Shown: one piece after another, positions 13,801-24,900 of the stretch
Layout: each line of letters opens with the position of its first letter
How positions within the stretch are numbered: the stretch's first letter is position 1
Assembly: GCA_043228905.1 (NCBI GenBank)
Contig: JBHGNT010000083.1
Span: forward strand, 36,133-100,132
Source of the DNA: Azolla caroliniana
Taxonomy: Eukaryota > Plantae > Polypodiophyta
Length of the DNA stretch: 64,000 bases
Reading direction: 5' to 3'
Translations under genes and position numbers: made by a program
Notes under the pieces: model-generated
The model's input: only the letters and a program-made list of their open reading frames with translations
Database searches by the model: none
What the model was told of the DNA's origin: nothing

Positions 13801-14473
13801 GCAGATTCAGCTCGATCTTCTCTTTTAGCATGTCTACATCATTGACCTTATGTCTGTTTACATGTAAATTCTGCTCTTTCCACATCTCTACATCCTTTAT
13901 CTTATGTCTTTTTACAGGCAAATTCAGTTCTTTTGGCATGTCGACATCTTCGAAATTATGTCTTTTCGTATACAAATTCAATTTGACCAAAGAATCAACA
14001 TTTTCTATGTTTTCCATACCTGTTTGCTTCTCTGAATGATCAATCTTTTGTCTTTTTGCAAGAAAATCCCGCTCGACCAAAGCCGAATCATCAACAGCAA
14101 ATCCTCGTTTTCTCCAATGTTTTCTTTCATACTTGTTTCCGTCCTTCTCTTCCCATTGTTGTTTCTGCTCATCTGTGCTACTTTCAACATTCCTTTCGAC
14201 ATCATTTCCTACTTTCTTTTCGGTAGTGCGTTCTACTTCCTTTTCTTTCACCTTTATTCCCGAAACAAATTTCTTTATCTTCTTCTTCTTCTCTGTTTCT
14301 TCATGAATTATGCTAGATAGAAAACTCACCTTATTCGATGTCTGAGCATCTCCAGATGTATGATGAGACTCTGAATTTGGCCTCTGTTTCTGCCTCTGCC
14401 TCTGCCTCTGCCTCTGCTTGATCATCATCATCATCATCATCATCATCATCTTGCTGCCCGTTTCGTGCTTCAT
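10830..14473 (-). CDS. RBM34: RBM34/Nop12-like nucleolar RNA-binding protein with two RRMs; 6 exons: 14473-13148, 12816-12758, 11766-11697, 11617-11492, 11391-11275, 11201-10830
   Basis: Spliced translation gives RRM1 (DEEKLSRTVLVGNLP...EFSQYGLIDSVRL..IPIID|TKIPSRGAV..|SQHAYIVFK..AHNMKE|LNGNLIRVD) and RRM2 (YDNSRSILIGNLPFDVQ|DEELYQVF..VEAINVVRD..LNKGIAFVLFKTK|ESA..KLRDRILRISR), then a basic tail. All introns GT-AG with consistent phases. Confidence 0.9.
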
Positions 14474-14725
14474 CTTCTACTGATGCGCCATTTCATTATA
14501 TCTTCAAATGCAGAGAGGCATTTCAGCATACGCTAATTCTTCTGCTTCCAAAGAAACTAAAGAGACTAATTTCAAAGTGCTATTGGAGGCAATCTCTGAG
14601 ACACCTCTGTCTTTTTCCAAAAGGCCCATCAGGGAAGCCCGAATATATACATATTTATGTCCGAATCGAACTTATCATCGGACAAGTGATGTATATGTCC
14701 GAATCGATCTTATCTCCGGACAATC

Positions 14726-15053
14726 GATTTGGGTTTTGAAACCCTAATCATAGAAGCCTATTTATTGGAGACATGTGTGTGTCTGTTATGTCCGAATAGA
14801 TCTCGTCACTAGACAAGTGATGAAGTAATGGCTTGCTATAGTTGCACCGACATTCTGCAAAAGAACACGTTAAGGGCCAAGGCCAATTCTATGATTTGGG
14901 TTTTGAAACCCTAATCATAGAAGCCTATTTATTGGAGACATGTGTGTGTCTGTTATGTCCGAATAGATCTCGTCACTAGACAAGTGATGAAGTAATGGCT
15001 TGCTATAGTTCCACCGACATTCTGCAAAAAGAACACGCTAAGGCCAATTCTAT
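14726..15053. repeat. Near-perfect tandem duplication (~167 bp x2) upstream of the RBM34-like gene; each unit carries a telo-box AAACCCTAA
   Basis: Units start at 14726 and 14893 ('gatttgggttttgaaaccctaatcatagaagcc...aaggccaattctat'). Telo-boxes are typical of promoters of plant ribosome-biogenesis genes. Confidence 0.85.
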
Positions 15054-15989
15054 CCCTATTGCTTATGGCATCTCCTACAAGGGGCAACCCCTTGACCCCA
15101 TGGTGGTTTGAACGTTTTGTTGTCTTTGGATTACTTATAGCTTACATGGATGTTGTGAAGTTGTTACATGCTAAACAAAATCTAGGATATACTTCAATAC
15201 TTGAGGGTTTTGGTTGTCGTATGTGTGCTAATAATGATAGTTTTGTGGCTGACTATGCAAATTTTCTTGTCAAATGGCGAGAGGATCCCATGGGTGTGTG
15301 TGTGTGTGTGTTTGAGAAACAAACATGCTTGTTATGAAGAATATTACATTGCCTGTGGTTTTGATGTTGTGTTAGGTTAGCATTTACATGAGAATAACAT
15401 GTCCAAGAAGATGCACACCCTGAAAAAAGAGTCCATCCACTATTGTGTTTGATGCTACAGTGTGGAAATTCTTGTTTCGTCAATTTCACTAGAACATGTC
15501 CACATGCAACGTACCATGAAAAGTAATTTCTAGAGGCCCAACCTTTTCTCACATTCACTATAAATACACCAATTGGCTCAAAGAGTCAACCCCAATTATT
15601 GGCATTTGCTATAAAGAAGAAAAATCTCACCACACAACATTATCTAGGTGAGGGTAGCTCTTAATTGAGGCTTGGGGGGGTTCAAATTCTTCCATCTCTT
15701 GAATTCAATCAAGAATAGATAAAAGGCAAAAGAAAAGCAAGGCTTCTTGTTCTAATGGGTAATAAGGACATCATCACATGGAAGGGTAGGGCTAAGCACT
15801 TAATTAAAAAGTTAATTGACCCTTGTTTTGTCGACCTTCGTGGCTCGTCCAGCTTTTGGACTCATCGAGCTTTGGGTCTCATTAAGGCTCCTCAACCTTT
15901 GGGCTCACCACACGAGTACATGAGATGTGGTGATGCAAGAAGATAAAAACGACTAGCAAACATACGAAGGAGAGGCTGACACATAAGCT

Positions 15990-16430
15990 TGAATGTTCAA
16001 ACACCTTGGAGAAAGGAAGAGGTGCATGAGCAAGCCCAAAATGCTCCATTAGTCTCGAGACGTCCGAAAGCACAAGAAGATGGCGAACACACAAACAAAA
16101 TGTATGAATGTCTTCATAAAAAGGAGAAGTGCATGGACAAGCCCGAAATGCTCCCTAGTCACGAGATGTCTCGCGAAGAGGAGAGGTGCATGGGAAAGGA
16201 CGAATCAACCCCAAGTCACAAGACGAGTAAACGCACAACAAGAAGACTAACACACAAAGTAGGAATGTTCAAACACCTTTGTGAAAAGAAGAGGTGCATG
16301 GACAAACCCAAAATGTTCCCTAGTCATGAGATGTCCTTTGAAGAGGAGAGGTGCATGGGAAAGGTTGAATCAACCCCAATTCACAAGACGAGGGAATGCA
16401 TGACAAAAAGACTAACACGCAAAACATGAA
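15990..16430. repeat. Degenerate ~165-bp direct repeats within TE-like sequence
   Basis: 'gtgcatggacaa..cc.aaatg.tccctagtca.gagatgtc...gaagaggagaggtgcatgggaaagg..gaatcaaccccaa.tcacaagacgag' at ~16129 and ~16294. Confidence 0.7.
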
Positions 16431-16788
16431 TAAGATTGGTTAAAAGAAAACAATACTCGATTACAACACAAGAGTGCCCTTTATAAAGTAGGGTTTGATT
16501 ATGAGAAAAGAGTTAGGGGGGGTTTACAAAGTGGCAACTGCTCATTTGCCATGAGCTCAACAAGAGTAAGGAGATAAGCACATAAAGTGTATGCCCTTTG
16601 AGATGAGGGATAAATCCGAGCATTGAACAACGAGCCCACATAAACAGAAGGCAACAACACACAAACTGAAGATGAAGACACGAACCGATGACAACAAAGA
16701 TACGAACAGAGGAGACCAAGACAAAGAAGAAGACCTCTTGAAACAAAATAGCCAAAGTCTCCTCCTCCCAAAAAGCTGAGAGTAAAAT

Positions 16789-17195
16789 TAACAATCGGCA
16801 ACAGTTCGGTTTGATTCGAGAGTGTAAAAACCCAACTGTTTAAAAATTTTAAAACTTGAATCGAACCGAATCGAACCACGAAACTGTTAAACCGAATTGT
16901 TTAAGAAAATTCAAACAGTAAAAATCGGGGTTTCGTGGTTTGGTTTTGGTTTTCAACTTAGGTCAAAATTTAAAATTTTATTATTTTTAATTTTTAATTT
17001 TCAAAATTTTAAAGATTTTCCTAAAATGTGAGAATAAGCTTGAAAATGATAAGACTGCTTTAAAAACAAAATAAATTTTTTTTAAAAAGATAAAAAAATG
17101 TGAAACCGCTTAAACCGCGGTTTCTCACTATTGAAACCAAACCAAACCGTTAAGCTGTGGTTTCGCGGTTGGTTCGGAACCATTGCCGACTCTTA
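16789..17195. mobile_element. Non-autonomous hAT-type MITE
   Basis: Perfect 8-bp TSD agtaaaat (16781-16788 / 17196-17203); imperfect TIRs taacaatcggcaacagttc...gaaccattgccgactctta; many subterminal AAACCG/CGGTTT motifs. Confidence 0.85.
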
Positions 17196-18648
17196 AGTAA
17201 AATGGGGGAAGGGGATGCTACATTTGTATTTAGGGCATATACTCCCTCCTTTTTGAGAAAAAGTTATAAAGTTTCCTTAATGCATGCTCCACTATGAGAT
17301 ATTCAAAATATGTACCTCTAACATTGAGTCAATGGCTCTAGCCTCTAACCACTAAGTTATTCAGGCTTCATTATTATGTATATGTTTAATGTACCTCTAA
17401 TATTAAGTCAATGGCTCTAACCACTAAGTCATTCGGTCTTCATTATTATATGTTTAATTCTATAACTAAAAGTACATAGTCTATCTCCTTTTCTCTCTCT
17501 TTTTTTTTCACATGTGCTTTTATCTCTCGTTTCTGTTACCTTTTGTTCCTCCACGCCCACATTTCTCCCTCATTCACACGCTCGTCTACTTCTCTTTGTC
17601 CCCTTTTACTTCTGAAACACTTGCACACCCCTCCTTAGCCCTTGTTCACTCGCTTTTCCCACACTCAACGCGCCACATCAGGACACCAGTCAAGTAGCAC
17701 ACATACACTCGTAACTTCGCGAGAGCATGTGCATCTAATGTGTGTGATCTCACAACTAGTGGGTGCGTATTTGTGGCTCAATTGTCCAATGTGTTTGCAA
17801 CCACACTAACGTTGGGTGCACATGTATGCATTAAAGTCCACTTGTACACTCTCTTCTATCTCCCTTCACATAAACCTACTAACACCCTTGCCATATAGTT
17901 AATATAAAGGATATTCTATATCCTACTTAAATACGAGATGATTATGAGTGACTAGTCACTAGACTATAGCTATAAGCTAGTGAGAAGGTAATGGTACATA
18001 AAGTAACCTTCTCCCCACTTGTAAGGTGTTGGTTCATTGTATATTCATATTCTAATACACATACTCGTCTCTAGTATACTTGTGTTTATCTCTCTTAGAC
18101 GTACCCACACACAATATATAAACATGCATATACAACTCTATTTAGTTTGCTTGCGAATTGCAATCTAATTCTTTAACAATTTACACTTGCAACAATATAT
18201 GATTGCTTATATTGATCCTCTTGAGCATGTATTCATTGGAGATCTATTGTTTTAATTTCAATACATAAATCAAACAAAAAACACTAATATATTTCCTCAT
18301 AATGACATCGATGTTAGGGAAATGCCAATAAGAAATTTGTTGTCTAATGTTGCAACATCATTAAAATGTGAATGCCAAATGAGACCCAATGCCACTTACC
18401 AAAATACGTCTCTACATCGACTATTGTGCTTCTACACTCTACTTGCACATATTTGAGCATCCTTCAATTATAAACAACTCCATTTAAATCAATTTGAGCA
18501 CCCCTCATCATATTTTCTACAGATAGTGTTTAATATGAATGCCAACCTTCTTAATCCAAAATTTCTTGCAAGTGTACATGCCTACACAAAGAAGAATAAA
18601 GAGGGAGATTACAAGTCACAAACTCACATTATATAAACGAGTAGTGGT

Positions 18649-19162
18649 TAACAATCAACAATGGTTCGGTTTGAGAGGGCCCAAACCGAACCAATTTGGA
18701 ACCGCACTGTTTTAATTTTTTTTAAACCTGAACCAAACCGTGAAACCGTTAAATCGAACCGTTAAACAAATTTCAAACCGTCAATCCATTAAACCGTAAA
18801 AACCGCAGTTTCGTGGTTCGGTTTCGGTTTTCAACATAGGTCAAATTTTTAATTTTTAATTTTTTTAAAATTATAATATTTAATTTTTAAAAATTTGTAA
18901 AATTTTTAAGATGTTCCTAAAATGTGAGAATAAGTTCCAAAAATGATAAGATTGTTTAAAAACAATTTTTAAAAATTTGTACAATTTTTTTAAAATAAAA
19001 TAAAAAATAAAAATAAAAAACCGTTTAAACCGCGGTTTTTGACTGTTGAAACCGAACCAAACCGTTTTAAAAAACCCAAACCCGAACCTGAACCGAACCG
19101 AACTGTTGAAACTACGGTTTCGTGGTTCGGTTCGGTTCAAACCGAACCGTTGCCAATTGTTA
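18649..19162. mobile_element. Non-autonomous hAT-type MITE, same family as 16789-17195
   Basis: TIRs taacaatcaacaatggttcggtttga / tcaaaccgaaccgttgccaattgtta; 8-bp TSD gtagtggt/gtaccggt; the empty site is visible in the duplicate at ~33693 (cgagtagttgtctctaac). Confidence 0.88.
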
Positions 19163-20500
19163 GTACCGGTGTCTAACAAAAAATAAGGAATTTCATTTCC
19201 ACTCCATTGATTCCTATGATCACCATGACCATCAATGACCCCTACAATTTATGTAAATTTAGAGTACTTTTGGACACAACACAACCAATGGTGGTGGTTA
19301 AAAAGCCTTAAACATGTAGAATATCTAGGAAAGACACAACGAGTATGAAAAGGTGAGATAACAAACAAGACCACATTGAAAAAAGAAATGAAAGACAAAG
19401 TTCAAGATAATCTAAATAACTCGATCAATTTTTCTATTTGAAAATTAAGGGTAAATGGAAGTCATACTAATAGTTGTTAATTATGAAAGGTCACAACACC
19501 AATAGCTATAACCATTCATGTAAGGGGTTAACATTGATATGAAGGGACATGAACCCAACCATAAATATATGTCAATGTAATCAATTCAGCAGAAAATACA
19601 AATGACTCTTATTGTGTGAGGTCACAATCCTTGGAGAAGTCACAACCATTCATATTGAAAAGGCAACAAAATTTCCTCTTTTGAAACATGCACCAACAAT
19701 ATGAGTGGAGAATTATCATTATCAACAATAATGATACCGGAGAATTAAAAGCCTCAACATTATTGCATGAATAAATGTGTGATATTGTTATCATTTTGTT
19801 GTTCATACATACATAATAGAGTGTTGTATGGCCTAATTGCAACTTATCCATAAAAAACCATTTGTTACTTATCCCTCTTGGAATCATTTGTAGTTTATCC
19901 TTCAAGATCATTTCGTAACTTATTGCTCGAGATCATTTTATAGTAGTCTCGTAAAAATAAAAAATGAATCATTTTGTTGGTGATCTTTGTTTTGGATGTG
20001 ACAGCCTTGGTCCCTAGCAACAATAGAATAAAAGGCTTCACAAGTAAACTACATATACTAGCATTACTCATGGTATTGTCGAAATCTTGTTTTTTGGAAT
20101 GAAAAGTTTAATAATCTTGCTATACAAACAATCTATTCCTCTTCTGCATTTTTTATTTGAGACATGTGTCGTAATATTTGTCAATTTGTGCAATGTTATG
20201 CAAATATATATCACTTTTTATGAAATGAAAAAGGATTCCATATTCTAATTATTTGCAGGTAAGATATAGTCATGCAAGTACCCCATGTTAGTATATGTGC
20301 TCAATAACGTTGAAAAAGAGAGTCATTGTTGACTAAAATGAATTTGAGCTCTTGAAATAATAAGGAATCATTGATTGCATATGTGCACTAATAATGATGG
20401 TTTTGTGGTTGGGATTACGCGGAATTTCTTGTCGAATGGCGAGAGGATCCCATGGGCAGGCATGTGTGTTTGAGGAACAAACATGCACGTTACGAAGAAG

Positions 20501-21514
20501 TTATTTATTTATTTATTATTATTATAAAAGTTTTTCTTCAATAGTATTAAGAACAAAACACCCAAAGGCTACAACTTGAACCTAGCTACCAAGAAGGTTA
20601 CAACTTTCTTTATACAATGATATAAAATACGAGGATGTTTACATTTGTTGATATTCAAAGAGTCCATGGAAGTCGATATTGCCATTGAGGCTCTTGAGCT
20701 ACCATTGTAAATAGGGGCACCTTTTTCCATAAGTAAAGAAGCTTTTTCCTTTTCTTGTTCACAATATCTGGGGAACCCTGCATATTGTCATATTGACCAC
20801 GGACTACAGCCAACAAGTTCTCCCATAACTCAAACAACACATCTGAGAGATGAATGTCTACCCCATCATTAGGTCGGTTACATCGATATTTCCATAATAC
20901 CCATAGTGTTATTGTGGACACAATTCTCCAAATTTGGACAGATCGCACCTGTTGTCGAGGTTGCTGGAAGGGACTAACTAATATCAATATTCTATTTCAT
21001 TGCCTCATGAACATCGTTTGCCTCATACAATATTAAACTAGAGTTTAATACTCCCCACATCGCTGATCCCCATGAGAATAAGCAACCTACATTTATTGTT
21101 AGGAATAAAGACACGACTTTCTTCCATACTTGTTGAGCAAAAGAGCAAGACCATAAGACATGCTTAGTAGTCTCTTGAGGTTCATGGCAAATGGCACATT
21201 GCCGCAAATTGGGTGTCACATTCCCTTTCAATGCATGACCATCTGGTAGAGCCATATGCACTAATAACCATCGAAAGAGAATAAATTTAGTTGGCCCCTT
21301 GAATGACCATATCCATTTCCAATAGGTTCTCAAATGCAAAGTGGAAACACCCCAATTGGTCCAATGTTTTTGAGCTGCTGGTATCTTTACATTATGAGAG
21401 AGCAGTAAAGATCTTCCAAGTTTTACTGAGTATTGAAAAAAGGGGACCTTTACGATCTTTTCCCCCAAGGAGTGTGACCAAAGCCAACCCCCTGGATCCC
21501 ATGTTAATCTTGCA
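20501..21514 (-). mobile_element. 5'-truncated L1-like LINE (zf-RVT C-terminus, 3' UTR, A-rich tail)
   Basis: 14-bp TSD acgttacgaagaag (20487-20500 / 21515-21528); empty site at ~15330; ORF remnant LTWDPGGW...KFILFRWLLVH..L...CAICHEPQETTKHVLWSC; (TAA/A)-rich tail at 20501-20527. Confidence 0.92.
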
Positions 21515-21748
21515 ACGTTACGAAGAAGATTACATTGCATGTTGTTTTGATGGTACGTTAAGTTAGCATTTCCATGAGAAGAACATGTCCAAGAAGATGC
21601 ACACCCTCAAGAAAGATTACATCGACTATTGTTTTGATGCTACATACATGTGGAAATTCTTGTTTCGTCAATTTCACTAGAACATGCCCACATGCAACTT
21701 AGAGTGAAAAGAAAGTTGTAGAGGTCCAATCTTTTTTTCACCTTCAAC

Positions 21749-21987
21749 TATAAAATATGTACACAATATTGGCTAAAAGAGTAAACCCCCCATTCTTGGC
21801 ATTTTCTATAGAGAAGAAAGATCTCAGCACACAACATCGTCTAGGTGAGGGTGGCTCTTAATTATGGCTTTGGGGAAAGTTGTTCAAATCCTTGCATCTC
21901 TTGAATTCAGCTAAGAATAGATAAAAGGCTTCTTGTTCTAATGGGTAATAAGGACTTGATTGATCCTTGTGGTTTATTCTTAGGCAG
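21749..21987 (+). promoter_or_regulatory. Putative core promoter, short non-coding first exon and 5'-UTR intron (21845-21983/21987) of the GAF gene
   Basis: TATAAAA at ~21750 and TATA-like element at ~21807; donor ctag|gtgagg at 21845; acceptor gtttattcttag/gcag at 21983/21987 just ahead of ATG 22004. The TATA elements and donor are also present in the duplicate (15578-15655). Confidence 0.6.
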
Positions 21988-22003
21988 GCCTGAGCTCAAA
22001 AGG

Positions 22004-22489
22004 ATGGGGAAGATCTTCTTAGATGGGGAGAGAGTGGCGGAGAAGCTGAAATCAGCCGCGGCTTCCGCTCCCCAAGGATCGGGCAGGGCGCGAATTCTCC
22101 TCCAGCTAGCTGCCGATGAGATCCGAAACACGGGCGGACCCTACACTTCGGTCTACATGTACATGGTGTCTCCTCCGCCACTTCGGGACGAGTTAATCCT
22201 AGAGGCCTTCTCTGGGCGACCGACGGAGCACGTTCGCATCCCTGTTGGGCGGGGCGTGTGTGGACGCGCGGTCTCGCTCGGACAGGACCAAAATGTGGGG
22301 GATGTCGGTGCCTACCCCGATTACATCGCGTGTAATGCCCACACTAAGAGCGAGCTTGTGGTTCTTATCCGTGCCTATAATAATATCCTCGGACAAATTG
22401 ACATCGATAGCGATCATGTTGGCCCGTTCCCGCCCGAGGAAGAAGCCAATGTGAAACTCATCGCCGATGCCCTTGGTATGCTCCTTTGA
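22004..22489 (+). CDS. Stand-alone bacterial-type GAF-domain protein, fRMsr/MsrC(YebR)-like, 161 aa
   Basis: Motifs RIPVGRGVCGRAV, QNVGDV..YPDYIACNAHTKSELVV and LGQIDIDS match the fRMsr GAF signature (GVCG, IAC...SE.V, DIDS). CDS is intronless and GC-rich in AT-rich flanks. Start placed at ATG 22004 because ATG 21941 lies in the predicted UTR intron. Confidence 0.88.
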   Translation: MGKIFLDGERVAEKLKSAAASAPQGSGRARILLQLAADEIRNTGGPYTSVYMYMVSPPPLRDELILEAFSGRPTEHVRIPVGRGVCGRAVSLGQDQNVGDVGAYPDYIACNAHTKSELVVLIRAYNNILGQIDIDSDHVGPFPPEEEANVKLIADALGMLL

Positions 22490-24785
22490 TTTCGTATGTA
22501 TAGATTATGTTGTTGACTCGGAAGTCACACTGCCATGTGCTTAATTTAAGTACTCCTACTTAGACATGTGATTAAATTGTTACAAATGCTATTTCCTTAT
22601 CCCATTTTGGTCCTAGTAGTAAACTTAACATGTTTAAGAGTGGGCATTATTACAAATGCTTCTAATAAGTCACTTGAGAGACTAGTGACTTGTATGTTTA
22701 AGAGCGGCATTATTACAAATGCCGCTCTTTTAGCTCTCAACCCCCTTGAAATGATGTCGTCGTATCCCATTGACTCCATCGTATGGTTTTTATCTCGGCC
22801 TCACATGTATGGTGAGGTGTTTCTCATGGACAAATTAACCACCATGAATGTGAGAGTAATATGTCTTGTATATGCACCATAGATTGATAATTTTAAGATT
22901 TCATCTTTGTATTAGCCTATTTCCTTTGTCCATGGGTACAAAGTGTGCGAACATGTTCAATATGCCTTTAGAGTATCTATTATGCGTGGATCAACAAGAA
23001 AACAATGCCAAAAACCTGTCATCCTTCATAACTATGAGGACCACATTTCTTGCTAACTAACAAAATTGTCCCTAACCAAGTGTGGTAGCGTCAACGTTTT
23101 GAATATGCCTCTTCGATATCATGCATGGATCAACAAGTAAACTTGCTCCCCAATATTTAAGACCTTGGCTCAATAGAGACCCATTACCCTCCACTTCTAG
23201 GTGCTTACATACCAACTAATGTATTTCAACATGATGATTTCCTATTACAGTTGATTTATGGTTGCATAGCATGTAATATTGAATATAGTGTGGATGAGGA
23301 AAATCCATTAATACCTTATATTCTTTGGTTTAGAAACATGTACAAACTTGCACTCTATTCTCTTTGTTGTTAATTGTGGTGTACATAGTGTGTGCATTGT
23401 TATACCATTATATATGGAACATCCGTAGATTTAAGGATCCAAAATTGTTATTATCTTCATTTGTGAACAATTATGCAAATAGATTATGAAATTAACTTCA
23501 TGTTTGCTCTTTGAGAATGGGTGAGTCTTGACTCTTGATATTCATTATTAAAATTTTACCTCAAAATTTTTAGAATATTGAAATATATGTGAGTCGTAAT
23601 ACTCAGAGTTATAAATGTCAATCCAAAGTTCCAACATATTAACAAATATTCTCATATGATATACAATATAGTTCTCACTTAAAAAATTCAATGGATTCCA
23701 ACTTGTGGCAATAAAGGTTGCCAACAAAACTTGTACTTGGTACTCTTGTTTCAAATTTCATGGAAACATGTGCAAGCAGTTATGGAAACATGATCTGATT
23801 ATTTGGAATTCTTCTATTATCTATGTTGTATCATGATTAGGGCAACTTGGGAAGGAAAAAACTTATTTTTATGCCATGAATCTATGTCAAGCCTCCAATG
23901 TATAATCATGTCCTTATTGTTGACATGAAGCCTTGATGGTCCAACGTGGTGCGTTTTGAATAATTTGCAGGTGTGTTTGTGTGGATCAACTATCCAATGT
24001 GTGTCATCACTCAAATCCACTCACATGCTCTATTGTAACTCCAATGTCAAGATATAAAGGATATGAGTTTTGAAGGAATTATCTTTACCTAGAAACACTA
24101 GACTATTGGACTATTTTGTATATTGCCTTTGGCCATTTTCATTTTAATACCAATGGAGTATATTTTTTTCGAAAGAAGAAGAAGAAAGGATATGGGTAAA
24201 ACAATGTAAAGTAGGATCAAGATATCAGTAGATCATATACTAACCATTTCTCACGGAAATTTGAGTGTCAAGGATCGTTGGAAGGGCATTGAAGGTGGAT
24301 GATCTACTGAAAAATTCTAATGGAAATTCATTGTGTATGTCTTAATAAAAAAAACTATGTCTATGCTATGAGTCTAAACTTCAAGGAAATTGGAATAGTT
24401 ATTAATAATTATATGTTTGAGAATCAATGTGATCGTGATACTTGCCACTTGGGGAGGCAAGGTGAGATTGATGTTATTAAATGTTATGGTGATGTAGGAT
24501 GCATACAAACAACTCATAACAAAATCCTCTTATGTGGTTAGGTAATTGACATTATGCAATGGTTTAAAAGATGGGGAGTAGATATATATTAGAGCTCTCA
24601 TGTGATGCTCTGAAGTATGCAAATCGGCTCATACGCGTCCATTCAATCAACCATTGCTCGTGTAGTTTTCGCTACGTAGCTTGTGCTCGGGGAAGATCCA
24701 CCAGGTTTTTTGTGTTAAGAAGATTGGAAGAAGTAAACAAAAAAGAGAAGATTAAGAATTTTCAACGACAAGATAAACCAACAAA

Positions 24786-24900
24786 TGGGTAAAACTCTCC
24801 CTAGTGTGAAGCTTGATTGTAATAACTTCACATCAATGAAATACAAGATGCACCAATACTTTGTCGAACAAGGCTATTGGGGATACATCAAGGCCAATCT
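24786..24900 (+). mobile_element. Ty1/Copia gag 5' fragment
   Basis: Translates MGKTLPSVKLDCNNFTSMKYKMHQYFVEQGYWGYIK, homologous to the gag starts at 31482 and 30237 (MGSALPTEKLDRNNFTSWEYKMHQYLVGQGYWSY). Confidence 0.8.

Larger units (their letters stand above)
15219..20378. repeat. Copy 1 of a tandem segmental duplication (lacks the GAF CDS)
   Basis: 15219-15770 aligns with 20379-20500 + 21529-21955; 17690-20378 aligns with 25236-25580 + 32006-36499. Confidence 0.9.

Noticed and set aside
15989-16429. 146-aa ORF with repeated EEERCMGK motifs
   Set aside because: Arises from ~165-bp DNA repeats in TE-like sequence; no recognisable domain or splice context.
21941-22003. 21-aa N-terminal extension of the GAF ORF
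   Set aside because: It lies mostly within the predicted 5'-UTR intron; GAF-like sequence begins after ATG 22004.
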